Positions 17,613 through 27,632 of a DNA stretch of 44,421 nucleotides are shown here, piece after piece; position 1 is the first letter of the stretch; every line of letters starts with the position of its first letter. Source of the stretch: a virus (Duplodnaviria > Caudoviricetes). The notes under the pieces were generated by a model. The model was not told the origin of the DNA. It worked only from the letters and a program-made list of their open reading frames with translations, and searched no databases. The stretch lies in IMG/VR virus record IMGVR_UViG_3300037692_000159, positions 1 through 44,421 of that record; one strand, given 5' to 3'. Position numbers and translations under genes: made by a program.

Positions 17613-20600
17613 CCTTCGATCTCGTCGATGAAGTAGCCGTCCTCCATGCTTTCCGGCTCGGCGGGGATCTTCATCTTCCGCTTGATATCGGTCGCGAAGA
17701 TTCTCTGGACGATCCCGGAGTACGGCTGCGGGATCTGGATTGTATCGCCTTCATCGTCCTGAAGGTGCGCCACCTTCGAGAACCGGATGCGATCACGCTG
17801 ATACTGGACGATGGAAAGTTCGTAGTCCGCGTACTCGTTGCACTGGGCAGCCGTGATGCAGAGTGGCTCGTCGATCTTCTTCTCGATGATCTTCCCGATC
17901 TCCGTCTGGAGAACGAGGTCATCGCCGTGAGGAGGGGAACTCTGAATCGACATCCGCTCATGCCCCAGGGGTCGCGCATACAGACCATACTGGTATTGAG
18001 CGATGGAGCTGACGACGTAAAACAGGGCGGCCAGAAGGAGTGTTGCCGCGAAGAAGATCCAGCCAGGGACTCCGTACAATCCTCCACTGTAAGCGATCGC
18101 CTCGACTCCGAGCGCGAGGAGCGCGGCCACGTCGGCGATTACGAACCCCGTCAGGTCCGGCATTTCCACCGTGATCTCCACCCATCGTTCGTCCGGGTCG
18201 GTCGCGGAAAGAGATTCTCCGCCTCCGCCGAGACGGAAGTTGAAGTTCCGCACCGACTCGACAACATCGAGCCGCGGATAGCGGCAGCGACGAGAATTGT
18301 CTTCGGAATAGTAGATTCTCATAACCGTCTTGTGTCCCCACCATCCGACGGTCCCCATGAGTTGCTTGATGAGTTCCTCCTGGTACATGACTTCCATGAA
18401 ATCCCGGCTCTCCCCCACGACAGTGACGCGATTCGTAAAGTCCGAGAAAGAATCGTCCGGGGTCCAGTCCACGACGAGGCCAGCGTTGGCGTACACGTGA
18501 TCCACCGGGTTGTCGCCAGCGATCTTCACCGCGACGACATCTCCGTCCACGTTGACGACGATCGCATACCCGAACCGGTTCGCGATCTGGTCGATCATTT
18601 TCTTGATGGACGTATCGAGCCATTGAATCCAGACTTCGTACCTCCAGCGGAAAACCGGCAGGGATATGTCGGACGGCGGAACGTCAGCGAGGTTCTGGAG
18701 CACCGTCTCGATGATGTCTTCGGGATATCCTTCGTAGTGGGGGGTGGACGTGACGTTCATGTCCTCCCACAGGGACCGGATGTCTTCCGCCTTCACGCGC
18801 ATCGTCGGGTACTCGCCCCTCCGGTGGTTCACCTCCGTCTCACGCACCAGGAAGATTCCCTGCGGGTGCCAGTAGTCGACACCGCTCACCTTCTCCCCGA
18901 ACTGGAGCGTGAGCTTACGCATTTTCTTGAGATATTGCTGCCACAGTGACCCCCGGTTTGTCGGATCGAACAGGTGGCCGTGCGTAACGGTGAACTCAAG
19001 CGAGGACGGCTTCCCGTCGATCGACCGGGAAAGCGTGATGTCGTGCCCCCTGGCGATGTATGCGGAAAGGTCGATGGACCCGGAGTCCCTTGCCCAGACG
19101 ATCGTCCTGTAGCCTGGGGTCGTCTCGTTCGACCAGAACGTGAGCATTGTCCCGTCTGCGCCGAGAGCGATCGCGGCGTCGTAGGACTTCCACGTTTGCG
19201 TGAGCAGTTGCGGGACGCCGAACTCCCACTCCGTCGTATAGTTCCCTTCGACGATTTTCGATCGGTAAAGGTAGCCATCACGGTTGAAAGCGCGTATCCC
19301 CGCCCCGTTGGAGTTTGCGAAGATCGTCTCGGTCAGCTCGTCGAACATGACATTCCCGACCCAGGTATCGGTGTCGAGTCCGGGGATGTCGGCGGCGAGA
19401 TATTGTGTCCACATGGATGTGTCCGGGTCCCAGAGTACGATCCCTTCCCCGTTCCATCCCTCGAAAAGGATCTCTCCGGAAGCCAGCACCCGCGGGCCGT
19501 ACAGGTGGTAGTCGTCCTTCGTCGCGTAAGACGGGCGGTAATAGACGCAGGCATAATCGACGAGGTTGATCTCCACGATCCCGCGCCTGTCCTGCTGCCC
19601 ATAGGTGGCGGTGTACGGAAAGTTCCCGTAGATTTTCCCGTCGCGGTAGCAAATATCGTACAGCCCATACTTCGGGAACCCAGGATTCGATGCAGTTTGA
19701 AGCTCCGTAATCATCGCCCCTGTGGAAATCTGATAGATCCGCATCCCGCCTTCGGTTCCGCTGCCGCCCGTCCAGGTGATGAAAAGCATGTCGATCGCGG
19801 GGACCACGAGGAAGTCACCGTTCCCAAGACCGAGGGATTCAAGGTCGGAGACTCCCCAGTTGCGCTCGTCGAAGATCATGTTCATCGAGTACGTCGGCCC
19901 CGGGTCGGTCAGATCGATGTAACCCACCGCGCCGTCCGGGGACCAGACATATCCGTTGGCACCGAAAACGTACAGTCGCATCGCGTCGGCGTCCAACTGG
20001 CACTTGGAAGGCATCGAGGAAACTTCCGACGGCCACCCATCGACGTTCTTCCAGAGGGAGTTCACGGGGTCATCGTAAAATTGAAAGGATGTGATCGTAT
20101 CCGCCTCGCCGTCCAGAACGTCGATCCCGCCTGCACGCACGACCGCAACGAGGTGCCTGTCGTTTCTGGTATTTTCCCACCCTGTCCCCCACCGATACGG
20201 AAAAGCCGGCACTGTGCCATCGGTCCACGCATCGTCGATCGTCCAGGTGTCGACGTCGATCTTGATGACGCTTTCCAGATGATGATCGCCGAACCCCTGC
20301 GCCATGTTCACCACGTAGAGTTTCCGATTGACCGGATCCCAGGACAACGCTTCCCCGTGCATCCCTTCCGCGGGCCAACCGAGAGTTCCCGTTCCCATTT
20401 CTAAAACGCTCGTCAGCTCCGTGAATACGAGGGTGATCTCGCCAGGCGCCTTCTGCACGACAATCGGATGCTCTCCCGTCACGTTGTACGTGTCGTAATC
20501 GGTGATCTTCACGGGCGCAGCCCACGTCGACCCGTTGTCCGAGGATGTGGAATAGTACAGGTTCTTGAGCCTAGCGCCCTCCGCGCCGACCGATTCCGTA

Positions 20601-21415
20601 TAGTCGAACAGGAGCATCACGTCGCCGTTCGAGAGTTGCTTGATGAACACGTTCGAGATCTGCTTCGTGAGATCCAGTCCGGGGAGCGTGATCTCGGACC
20701 GCGCGGCCCACGTCCGGAAGTCGGAAGACGTCTTCTTCCAGACTTTGTAGTCGGTACCAACCTGATGGACGAACACGGAGAGATACGTTCCGCTTGCGAG
20801 CCAGATCGTGGAGGGACCGCTCCAGTAGACATCGTAGTCCCACTCCGGGTAAGTCTCCTGGTCCGAGTAATATGCCAGCGCCTTCGGGAGCGCCGTCGGG
20901 TAGACCTGCTCACCCTCCAAGCTGATTTCCGCCGCATGGAAGCGGACGTCACCATAGTAGACATCGCCGTAGACGGTGAGAAAGGTGACCCCGATATCGC
21001 CGTTCGGAAGCTCCGTCATGGAGATCTGGCTATCGATCGGATCGTGCGGCAGGATGTTCCAGTTCGTGGTCCCTCCCAGCTCGAGAACGACCGGCTCGTT
21101 AAAGGACGTTCTCCCGTCCCTCGTCGTCACGAACCGGACCTCGTGGTGCATGTTCCCGCCCTGGTAGTTGATGTACCCGTAGATGGAAATGTAGGCCGCC
21201 TCCCCGTTCGACAGGGAGATAGCGACGGGATTCACCTCCTCGTATCCGACGTAGGGGTATCCGTACCACGTTCCTTCTTTCTGGGGGAGCGGAGCCTGCG
21301 GGATCCCGGCGAAAGGAATATCCCCCACCATCGGCGCGGTGATGATCTTCACGATGGGGCGGCGGTCAATCGAGTCCATTGCCGCAGCGAGCGTCGGGTG
21401 GAGGGTCTGTGTCAT
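17597..21415 (-). CDS. Large tail tip/hub protein with beta-propeller (Asp-box) region
   Basis: 1272 aa; SSDNGSTW and SSDFRTW Asp-box-like motifs; hub-like C-terminal part; position after tape measure and Dit-like genes. Confidence 0.7.
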   Translation of the reverse strand: MTQTLHPTLAAAMDSIDRRPIVKIITAPMVGDIPFAGIPQAPLPQKEGTWYGYPYVGYEEVNPVAISLSNGEAAYISIYGYINYQGGNMHHEVRFVTTRDGRTSFNEPVVLELGGTTNWNILPHDPIDSQISMTELPNGDIGVTFLTVYGDVYYGDVRFHAAEISLEGEQVYPTALPKALAYYSDQETYPEWDYDVYWSGPSTIWLASGTYLSVFVHQVGTDYKVWKKTSSDFRTWAARSEITLPGLDLTKQISNVFIKQLSNGDVMLLFDYTESVGAEGARLKNLYYSTSSDNGSTWAAPVKITDYDTYNVTGEHPIVVQKAPGEITLVFTELTSVLEMGTGTLGWPAEGMHGEALSWDPVNRKLYVVNMAQGFGDHHLESVIKIDVDTWTIDDAWTDGTVPAFPYRWGTGWENTRNDRHLVAVVRAGGIDVLDGEADTITSFQFYDDPVNSLWKNVDGWPSEVSSMPSKCQLDADAMRLYVFGANGYVWSPDGAVGYIDLTDPGPTYSMNMIFDERNWGVSDLESLGLGNGDFLVVPAIDMLFITWTGGSGTEGGMRIYQISTGAMITELQTASNPGFPKYGLYDICYRDGKIYGNFPYTATYGQQDRRGIVEINLVDYACVYYRPSYATKDDYHLYGPRVLASGEILFEGWNGEGIVLWDPDTSMWTQYLAADIPGLDTDTWVGNVMFDELTETIFANSNGAGIRAFNRDGYLYRSKIVEGNYTTEWEFGVPQLLTQTWKSYDAAIALGADGTMLTFWSNETTPGYRTIVWARDSGSIDLSAYIARGHDITLSRSIDGKPSSLEFTVTHGHLFDPTNRGSLWQQYLKKMRKLTLQFGEKVSGVDYWHPQGIFLVRETEVNHRRGEYPTMRVKAEDIRSLWEDMNVTSTPHYEGYPEDIIETVLQNLADVPPSDISLPVFRWRYEVWIQWLDTSIKKMIDQIANRFGYAIVVNVDGDVVAVKIAGDNPVDHVYANAGLVVDWTPDDSFSDFTNRVTVVGESRDFMEVMYQEELIKQLMGTVGWWGHKTVMRIYYSEDNSRRCRYPRLDVVESVRNFNFRLGGGGESLSATDPDERWVEITVEMPDLTGFVIADVAALLALGVEAIAYSGGLYGVPGWIFFAATLLLAALFYVVSSIAQYQYGLYARPLGHERMSIQSSPPHGDDLVLQTEIGKIIEKKIDEPLCITAAQCNEYADYELSIVQYQRDRIRFSKVAHLQDDEGDTIQIPQPYSGIVQRIFATDIKRKMKIPAEPESMEDGYFIDEIEGWLVS

Positions 21416-22581
21416 TCTTCCGGGATCTCCTCTCGCAGGAGCAACTTCATCTTCACGTTCTTCCGGTACGGCTGTTCATAACCCGCCACTTCGAAAAGTT
21501 CTCCGTCGAGCGCCATGATCCGCACGTTAAACTTCATATAGCGCAGAGGCACCAGGGAAGGATCCCAAGGATAGACATATCCAAAACCCCAACTCGTTCC
21601 ACGTCGAATTTCAATATACTCACCGCCGACCCAGATCACCCTGCCGTAAGTCTCGTACTGGCCTGTTTTGATCCAGCCATCTCCGACTTCCGTTACAACA
21701 TCCCAAAGGTAGGGCCAATAGACATCTATCGGTTTGATGATGTCGCCAACTTGTGGAGGGTCAATACCACCACCAGCAATGCTGCCGTGATAGATTTTCC
21801 CGTCCTGGCTTGGGTAGAGATAGCATTCCTGGGTCGGATCACCATCAAGCGGGACGACGACGGCGACAATCAGATTTTCAATATTCTCGATGAGGGCATC
21901 CCCGAGGACGGGCGGGACATAAGTCCCGGTTGCATTGGGATCCAAGTCGAGGTCGATGTAATCCACGCCACTGTACGCAACCGAATAAACCACTTGGAGC
22001 ATGACCGAAGACACATGGAAAAGCGGATTCGCGTCCGTGCTGTAAAGCCCGAACATCTCAAGTGCGTTCGCGCCGACGCCGTTCACGTCATCTACCGTCC
22101 ATGCGACGCCGGTTTTCGGGTTTGTCGCAAAGCGGCTGATCCCGCGTTTCCATAAAGTGGAATTCGGGGAGTTGCTTTCCCAAGAGGCGGCGTTATAGTA
22201 GGTCCCGCCGACCTTTACGCGACCTCGCCAATTATTCGTTCCGCTTACGGGCTCTGCGCTGAATCCCCACACCTGGACCCTGTGAACTTGTGCGCCAGCG
22301 GGCACGCTGAACGGAGTGAAGCCGAAGGTGATGTTGCCGGCCGTGATTCCGTGCGCGAGGTAATCGGCGCCACTCACGTCCGGATAATCATCGACCAGTT
22401 GGTAACGGGATCCGGCCGACCCGGACCAGTCTCCCGCCACCGCATCGTCGGAAGTCGGCGCTCTTTCCTGCGTTGCCACGCCGCTTGCGGCCGCAACCCT
22501 GGCCGTCAATACCCCATAAATCGTATCCCCCGGCAGGAACGGGGCTGCGGGAGAAATGTAGCCGATGTAGAATCTGTCCAC
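21412..22581 (-). CDS. Tail protein: binding-module-like insert plus C-terminal part of a Dit-like domain
   Basis: C-terminus LDGELFEVAGYEQPYRKNVK matches LEGELFDVADYQQPYRRDVK of 22839-23213; in frame with 22591-22842. Confidence 0.7.
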   Translation of the reverse strand: MDRFYIGYISPAAPFLPGDTIYGVLTARVAAASGVATQERAPTSDDAVAGDWSGSAGSRYQLVDDYPDVSGADYLAHGITAGNITFGFTPFSVPAGAQVHRVQVWGFSAEPVSGTNNWRGRVKVGGTYYNAASWESNSPNSTLWKRGISRFATNPKTGVAWTVDDVNGVGANALEMFGLYSTDANPLFHVSSVMLQVVYSVAYSGVDYIDLDLDPNATGTYVPPVLGDALIENIENLIVAVVVPLDGDPTQECYLYPSQDGKIYHGSIAGGGIDPPQVGDIIKPIDVYWPYLWDVVTEVGDGWIKTGQYETYGRVIWVGGEYIEIRRGTSWGFGYVYPWDPSLVPLRYMKFNVRIMALDGELFEVAGYEQPYRKNVKMKLLLREEIPEE

Positions 22582-22590
22582 GCTATCGCC

Positions 22591-22842
22591 TCAATACGGT
22601 ATCGAAGTGCCGAACAGATCCCATTCGACAATCTCATCGTTCAGGTAGATCGTCATCAGCTGGTCGAACTGCGCCGCCGTCATGAACTCCCATTCGAGCA
22701 AAACTTCCTTCGATTCCAGAATTGCATCCTCGCCCATGTACCCCAGCACGCCCAGCCCGACGGCCATGGAACTACCCTTCTCTTCGCGAGGGATCGTGAA
22801 CTTGTCGGGCCTCCAGGGCATGACGTAGCCGCCGATAATCAA
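22591..22842 (-). CDS. N-terminal part of a Dit-like paralogue
   Basis: GGYVMPWRPDKFTIP matches GGYTFPWKPDKFGIP; TTGA overlap; ends at an in-frame TGA. Confidence 0.7.
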   Translation of the reverse strand: MIIGGYVMPWRPDKFTIPREEKGSSMAVGLGVLGYMGEDAILESKEVLLEWEFMTAAQFDQLMTIYLNDEIVEWDLFGTSIPY

Positions 22843-23213
22843 GACATCACTCCTTCTGGTGCGCTCAAAATAACGAGCCTCACTTTCACGTCCCTACGGT
22901 ACGGCTGCTGATAGTCGGCGACATCGAACAGCTCGCCTTCCAGGCCGATGATCTCCACGTCGTACGGTCCGACACCCAGGACCTCAGGATCCCAAGTGAC
23001 CGGGGTATTTGCTCTATACATTGCATCGAGTTCGTCCCACTGATCCTCGGACATCCATATCCACGACAACTCGATATTTTTCCCGATTATGCCGGTGCCC
23101 CACGAAAAATAAACTGCGGTATTCCAGGTGCGGACGAGCGACTTGTAAAGATCGGGGTGCGGGATCCCAAATTTGTCCGGCTTCCAGGGGAATGTGTATC
23201 CACCGAGCATCAA
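22839..23213 (-). CDS. Distal tail (Dit)-like protein
   Basis: 124 aa directly after the tape measure gene; Dit call rests on size and position. Confidence 0.6.
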   Translation of the reverse strand: MMLGGYTFPWKPDKFGIPHPDLYKSLVRTWNTAVYFSWGTGIIGKNIELSWIWMSEDQWDELDAMYRANTPVTWDPEVLGVGPYDVEIIGLEGELFDVADYQQPYRRDVKVRLVILSAPEGVMS

Positions 23214-26200
23214 TCCCGGCTCTCCTCTTTCATGATCCGGACGACGACTTTCTCTATGCCATCGCGCAATTTCTCCACAAGCCGATTATCCGCGGGGGCG
23301 TTGATATTGATGGGGCCGACGGACACGCTTCTGTTATCGAAGGTGTCGCCTCCGCCGGTCACCGCCCCGCCTGTCGCGAATGCGAACTGCGGCCTGGCCA
23401 CGGGAAAAAAGCCGAACCCTTGGAGGATCTCTCTCGGAACGAGCTTCCGGCGGATCGCCTCCATCACCTCGACGCCGTAGTACCGGACGGTGGGCTCCGG
23501 CTGCACGTACTCGCCGCGGGTGAGCATCGCGGGAACGTCGTCCTTCCTGCCGGAACCGGAAGTGACCGGGCCGCCCTTGACGAACCCCTTGATCGTCTGG
23601 GCAATTACGATCGCGATATTCGCGGCAGCCATCGCCCAGACCCAAGAGGCCAGCCCGGCACCGGCCAAGGGGCCAAGGCCGACGGGGGGAGGGGCCAAGG
23701 CCGACATCGCCGCGATTGCTGCCTGCATGTAGATCTGGCCGATCGCCATGGCCTTCTGCAAGATGAAAAATGCTTTCATCTTGCCGCCGCTCAGGTCGTA
23801 CAGCTTTCCGAAAATGTCCTCCATCCCGGACACGACGAATTGGTTTATCTCCATCCGTTTCTGTACGAGGGCGAGCTCCTGAAGAATCAACTTGTTCCTG
23901 CGCCGCTCGTCCTGCGCCGCGTACAGATCCTCCATCGCTTGCCGCTTTTCGTTGAAAGACATCTCTTCGTCGGCTTTCTTCCCGAGGAAGGCGGACAGCC
24001 GATCGATCTCTTCGAGGTTTTTCCGATCGAGTTCCGCAAGCTCCGCCTCGTGCCGGAACTTCATGGCGTCGAGCTCACCAGTCGACGCCTCCGCCTTTAG
24101 CTGCGCGAAGGCGGACACGATGTCGTACTTCTCCAGTTCGGTCTGGCGGATCTGGAGCACCTCGTCCCGGTTCGCCTTCTGCGTCTCGGAGAACATCTGT
24201 GCCCGGATCGCGGCGATCTTGTTCTTCGCGTCTTCGGCGGCCTTCGGATCCATGCCGGGTATCTGTGCCTCGATCGTGCCGATCTCTACCTGGGCGTTCT
24301 CCTCGATGATCCGGCGCCGCTCATCGAAGAAGGCTTTCGTCGAGATCAACCCGTCCTCGTAGGACGCCTGGAGTTGCGCCATGGAAAGGTCGTTTTCCGC
24401 GACGAGCTGCTCCATGCCGCCCTGCGTCATCGTGGCGAACAGCTCCTTGAAGGCATCGGACTCGGCCTTCGTCTCCTCCGCGAGGTCTTGGGCCTCCTTC
24501 GTCCGGCGGACCTTGATCTCCGCGGTGATCTCGATCTTGCGGGCCTGCGTGACCCCGGGACGCGCGGACTCCTTCTCCAGCGCGGCGATCTCCTCGTCAA
24601 CCGCCTGACGGATGAGATCCCTGCGCTGCTGGTAGTAGGAGGAAACGTCCACGAGCCCCTGGTCGAAGTTCCGCTTGAGATCCGCCCTTGCCGCCTCGTT
24701 CGCGGCGGTGGATATGGCCAGGTCCCCCTTCTCGCGGGCCGCGAGGTTCGCCCGGGCCTGCTGGAGGGCGGTATAGAGCCCGAATTCCAGGCGGAGCTGC
24801 CGGATCACCGCGGCCAGCTTCCCGGTCATCGGCACGCCGCGGACCGTCTCCGCGATGAACGATTCCAGTGCCGCCTTCGCGCCGGCCACGGGATCGCCCA
24901 GCTGACGGATCTCCGCTCGGAGCTGTCCGAGCTTGGATTCCAGTTTCTTGAGGGTCTCCTCGCTGGTCAGAACGGGGGGCTCGATCTTCTCCTTGTTCAC
25001 GTCGCCGATCGCGCCCTGGAGGAGCTTGATCCGCTCCTTGAGCTCGTCGATCTTGGTTTTTACCTTGTCGGCCTCTGATGCCTGGCCCACAGAAAAGACA
25101 CTGAATTCTCCGGGAAGCTCCAACTCTTCTCTCAACGCCCGGTGCCGCTGCTCCAGAAGGGCCAGCTCGTTCGAGGTGTCGCGAAGCGTCTCTTGGAGCT
25201 CGTCGAGTTTCATCCCGCGCAGGGAGTCGGCGAACTTTTCGTGCTCCCTTGCGGCGCCCCGCGCGCCTTTCCCGAGGTAGGTCCAGGCGACTGAAAGGCC
25301 GACGATCGCCGCCGTGATCCATCCGATCGGCCCGGAGAAGAAGGCGAGCGTTGCCGCGAAGACCCGCAGTGCAAGGTTCGCGATGCCGACCAGCGAGATC
25401 ATAGAGGCGATCTTGATGAGGAACAGGGGGATGACGACGGCGGCCATGTATCGAAGCGCCTCCGTCACGAGATAGGCGTCCTTCCGGAAGCTGTTCATGG
25501 CGGTCGCCACGTCCAGGAGCCACTTCGCCATGGACTGAAGCGCGGGGAGCATCGCTTCCATGATGGAGAGCGAGATCCCGCGCATCGCGTCGCCCACATC
25601 GCCAAGAGTCCTTTTCAGTTCCCGTGATTTTGCGCCGATCGTCGCGGAGATCGTGGTGCCTGCAGCGTCGGAGGCCTTCATCATTTTGAAAAGCGCGTCC
25701 CGACCCTGGTTCATGACGGGGATCAAATCACTCCCCGAACGGCCAAGGAGCTTCAGCGCAATCGCCGTTTTCGCCGGGCCGTCCTCCATCCGGCTGAAGG
25801 CGTCGGCCAGAGCCAGCATGGTCTCTTCAAGCGGGCGCAGGGACCCGTCGGCGTTCTTTACCTGCACCCCCAGCGCCTCGAAGATACTCTTCGCGTCCCC
25901 GGTCCCCTGGGCCGCCTCGAACATATTCCGGGACAGGAACTTCAATCCCACTGCGAGCGACTCGATGGATACGCCCACGTCATCCGCAGCCTCTGCCATT
26001 CGGGACAGGGTTTCGGAGGAGACGCCTGCCTTTTCTGCCGTCTCCGCGATCCGCGCGGCGTATCCATGCGCGTCCGTGATCGCCTTCGTGAGCTTGTAAC
26101 TTAGGGCCGCAAGGGAGATCCCGCCGAGGATCTTCTGTACGGTAATCCTGAACGAGGACACCATCCCCTCGGCTTTCTTCAAGCCGGCAGCCATCTCCAC

Positions 26201-26254
26201 CGTCTGGGCGGAGAGCTTGACGACCAGGTTCGCTATGGTCTGCTCGTTCGCCAT
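23210..26254 (-). CDS. Tail tape measure protein
   Basis: 1014 aa, Ala-rich helical; IANLVVKLSA start; GSGRKDDVPAMLTRGEYV motif; follows chaperone genes. Confidence 0.92.
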   Translation of the reverse strand: MANEQTIANLVVKLSAQTVEMAAGLKKAEGMVSSFRITVQKILGGISLAALSYKLTKAITDAHGYAARIAETAEKAGVSSETLSRMAEAADDVGVSIESLAVGLKFLSRNMFEAAQGTGDAKSIFEALGVQVKNADGSLRPLEETMLALADAFSRMEDGPAKTAIALKLLGRSGSDLIPVMNQGRDALFKMMKASDAAGTTISATIGAKSRELKRTLGDVGDAMRGISLSIMEAMLPALQSMAKWLLDVATAMNSFRKDAYLVTEALRYMAAVVIPLFLIKIASMISLVGIANLALRVFAATLAFFSGPIGWITAAIVGLSVAWTYLGKGARGAAREHEKFADSLRGMKLDELQETLRDTSNELALLEQRHRALREELELPGEFSVFSVGQASEADKVKTKIDELKERIKLLQGAIGDVNKEKIEPPVLTSEETLKKLESKLGQLRAEIRQLGDPVAGAKAALESFIAETVRGVPMTGKLAAVIRQLRLEFGLYTALQQARANLAAREKGDLAISTAANEAARADLKRNFDQGLVDVSSYYQQRRDLIRQAVDEEIAALEKESARPGVTQARKIEITAEIKVRRTKEAQDLAEETKAESDAFKELFATMTQGGMEQLVAENDLSMAQLQASYEDGLISTKAFFDERRRIIEENAQVEIGTIEAQIPGMDPKAAEDAKNKIAAIRAQMFSETQKANRDEVLQIRQTELEKYDIVSAFAQLKAEASTGELDAMKFRHEAELAELDRKNLEEIDRLSAFLGKKADEEMSFNEKRQAMEDLYAAQDERRRNKLILQELALVQKRMEINQFVVSGMEDIFGKLYDLSGGKMKAFFILQKAMAIGQIYMQAAIAAMSALAPPPVGLGPLAGAGLASWVWAMAAANIAIVIAQTIKGFVKGGPVTSGSGRKDDVPAMLTRGEYVQPEPTVRYYGVEVMEAIRRKLVPREILQGFGFFPVARPQFAFATGGAVTGGGDTFDNRSVSVGPININAPADNRLVEKLRDGIEKVVVRIMKEESRD

Positions 26255-26258
26255 CCGA

Positions 26259-26606
26259 TTACCTCGCCTTTCGGGACCCCAACTTCTTAAGCTCCGCCAT
26301 CTGCGCCAGGTTCATCACCGTGGGAGCACCCTTCCCGGCCTTCTTGCCGGGCTGCTTCGAGCGTCCTGACAGGTGACCCAGGTACTTCTTCCATACGGCA
26401 TCCGTCGTCTGCGCCGCCCGAAATGCTGCGGCCGCCTCCGCGAGGTCGAAGTCAGCGTTTTTCTGCGCGGCCTCCCCGAAGACGTTGACCTGCTCAATCG
26501 TGTAGACGTGGAGCACGTCATGGAGTACGTGCCCTCTCGATACCAGAAACTCGACGGCCCGGATCAGCTCGCCTTCGCCGTCGCGAGATTTCCCGGGCCG
26601 AAGAAG
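26259..26606 (-). CDS. Tail assembly chaperone T segment, reached by -1 frameshift
   Basis: Open -1 frame downstream of slippery sites, stopping 4 nt before the tape measure start. Confidence 0.75.
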   Translation of the reverse strand, partial: LLRPGKSRDGEGELIRAVEFLVSRGHVLHDVLHVYTIEQVNVFGEAAQKNADFDLAEAAAAFRAAQTTDAVWKKYLGHLSGRSKQPGKKAGKGAPTVMNLAQMAELKKLGSRKAR

Positions 26607-26992
26607 TTTTTTAGGTAGTCGACGTTCTGCGACACGATGGAGAGGAGGAGCACCGTCGCTTTCCCGAGATCCAGTGTGCCGGCCTCCTCCTCGGAGATCC
26701 CGGCGGACACGGAAATGATCTTCGGGGCATGGGGCAGGAACTTCGGGATCAGCCCAGGCAGGACGGCGGCGACTTCCTTCTGTGCCTTGGCGAAGACATC
26801 CTTGGCGTTCATCTGTCCAGAATCGAGGAGATCCATGAACTTGGAAAGGACCTCCCCGACCCCGGACTCCTTCGCGATCCCAACCAAGTCCCCGAGCGTG
26901 GGCGCCAGCGCAACGGCCTGCGCCAGCGTCCACGGACGGATCGTGTAGCCTTCCACCTCGACCTCAGGGAACAGGATTTTCTCGTCCCCCAT
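26564..26992 (-). CDS. Tail assembly chaperone (G-like)
   Basis: Between tail tube and tape measure; slippery heptamers near the 3' end. Confidence 0.8.
   Translation of the reverse strand: MGDEKILFPEVEVEGYTIRPWTLAQAVALAPTLGDLVGIAKESGVGEVLSKFMDLLDSGQMNAKDVFAKAQKEVAAVLPGLIPKFLPHAPKIISVSAGISEEEAGTLDLGKATVLLLSIVSQNVDYLKNFFGPGNLATAKAS
26588..26612 (-). other. Programmed -1 frameshift site(s)
   Basis: A AAA AAC (26612-26606) and G GGA AAT (26594-26588), both in X XXY YYZ register. Confidence 0.75.
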
Positions 26993-26995
26993 GGA

Positions 26996-27520
26996 CTAAC
27001 TCGCGACCAGCTCTTCGATGTTGAAAAACGGGGAATCCGGATGGCCCGTGGCATCAGAGAGGATCTCGCCCTCGAAGTCGACCTTGCCCCACTCCTCCGT
27101 GATGAACCCGACCTCAGATGTCGGCTTCAGGCGGACGCGGTGGATCTCTGCGTTGTAGTTCGGACCCACGTCGTTCGCCCCATAGAACTGGAGCCTGCCC
27201 TCGATCTGCGGCATCGTCAGCCCCTTGACGGTGTTTCCGGAGATTTCCCCGAGCATCGCCATCGCCAGGTTGTAGGCCGCGTACTCGTCGAGCGTGAACT
27301 TCACGGTCGCGCCGACCAGCGTCACGACCTCGAGGTCCTTCTCCTTGATACCGCTCCGCGAGGAATAGTGCGGAAGCGTCTCGATGATCGGCTGGATCGT
27401 GAAGGTCGGTGCGTTCCCCAAGTCCTGAAGTCCGGTCGGGAGTCCGTCTGCATCCAGACGATCGAACTTGAGAATTCCCTTTCCCAGGTAGTAATTGCTC
27501 GTGCTCGGTGCGGTAGGCAT
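26996..27520 (-). CDS. Major tail tube protein
   Basis: 174 aa; NYYLGKG...DLGNAPTF...EGEIL; AAGGAGG SD; synteny. Confidence 0.82.
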   Translation of the reverse strand: MPTAPSTSNYYLGKGILKFDRLDADGLPTGLQDLGNAPTFTIQPIIETLPHYSSRSGIKEKDLEVVTLVGATVKFTLDEYAAYNLAMAMLGEISGNTVKGLTMPQIEGRLQFYGANDVGPNYNAEIHRVRLKPTSEVGFITEEWGKVDFEGEILSDATGHPDSPFFNIEELVAS

Positions 27521-27561
27521 TTTCCATTCCTCCTTCGTTGGTGGGATTTGCGGTTGAAAGG

Positions 27562-27603
27562 AAACAAAAAGGGCCGCCACCCCGGAGAACGGAGTGCGGC
27601 CCC
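27562..27603 (-). terminator. Intrinsic terminator-like hairpin
   Basis: GGGCCGC/GCGGCCC stem followed by TTTTTGTTT on the minus strand. Confidence 0.6.
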
Positions 27604-27632
27604 TCAAACGAAAGAAATCTATCGGTTACGTG

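Noticed and set aside
11243-22581. Diversity-generating retroelement or invertible tail cassette
   Set aside because: No reverse transcriptase, invertase or template/variable repeat pair seen in the window
21412-22590. Intein or intron as the insert in the Dit-like paralogue
   Set aside because: No Cys/Ser start with His-Asn end and no endonuclease motifs; the insert looks like a binding module
22591-22593. Genome-wide TGA reassignment or selenocysteine
   Set aside because: TGA is used as a true stop in many ATGA/GTGA overlaps; no redox motif context; the downstream hairpin is not convincingly a SECIS
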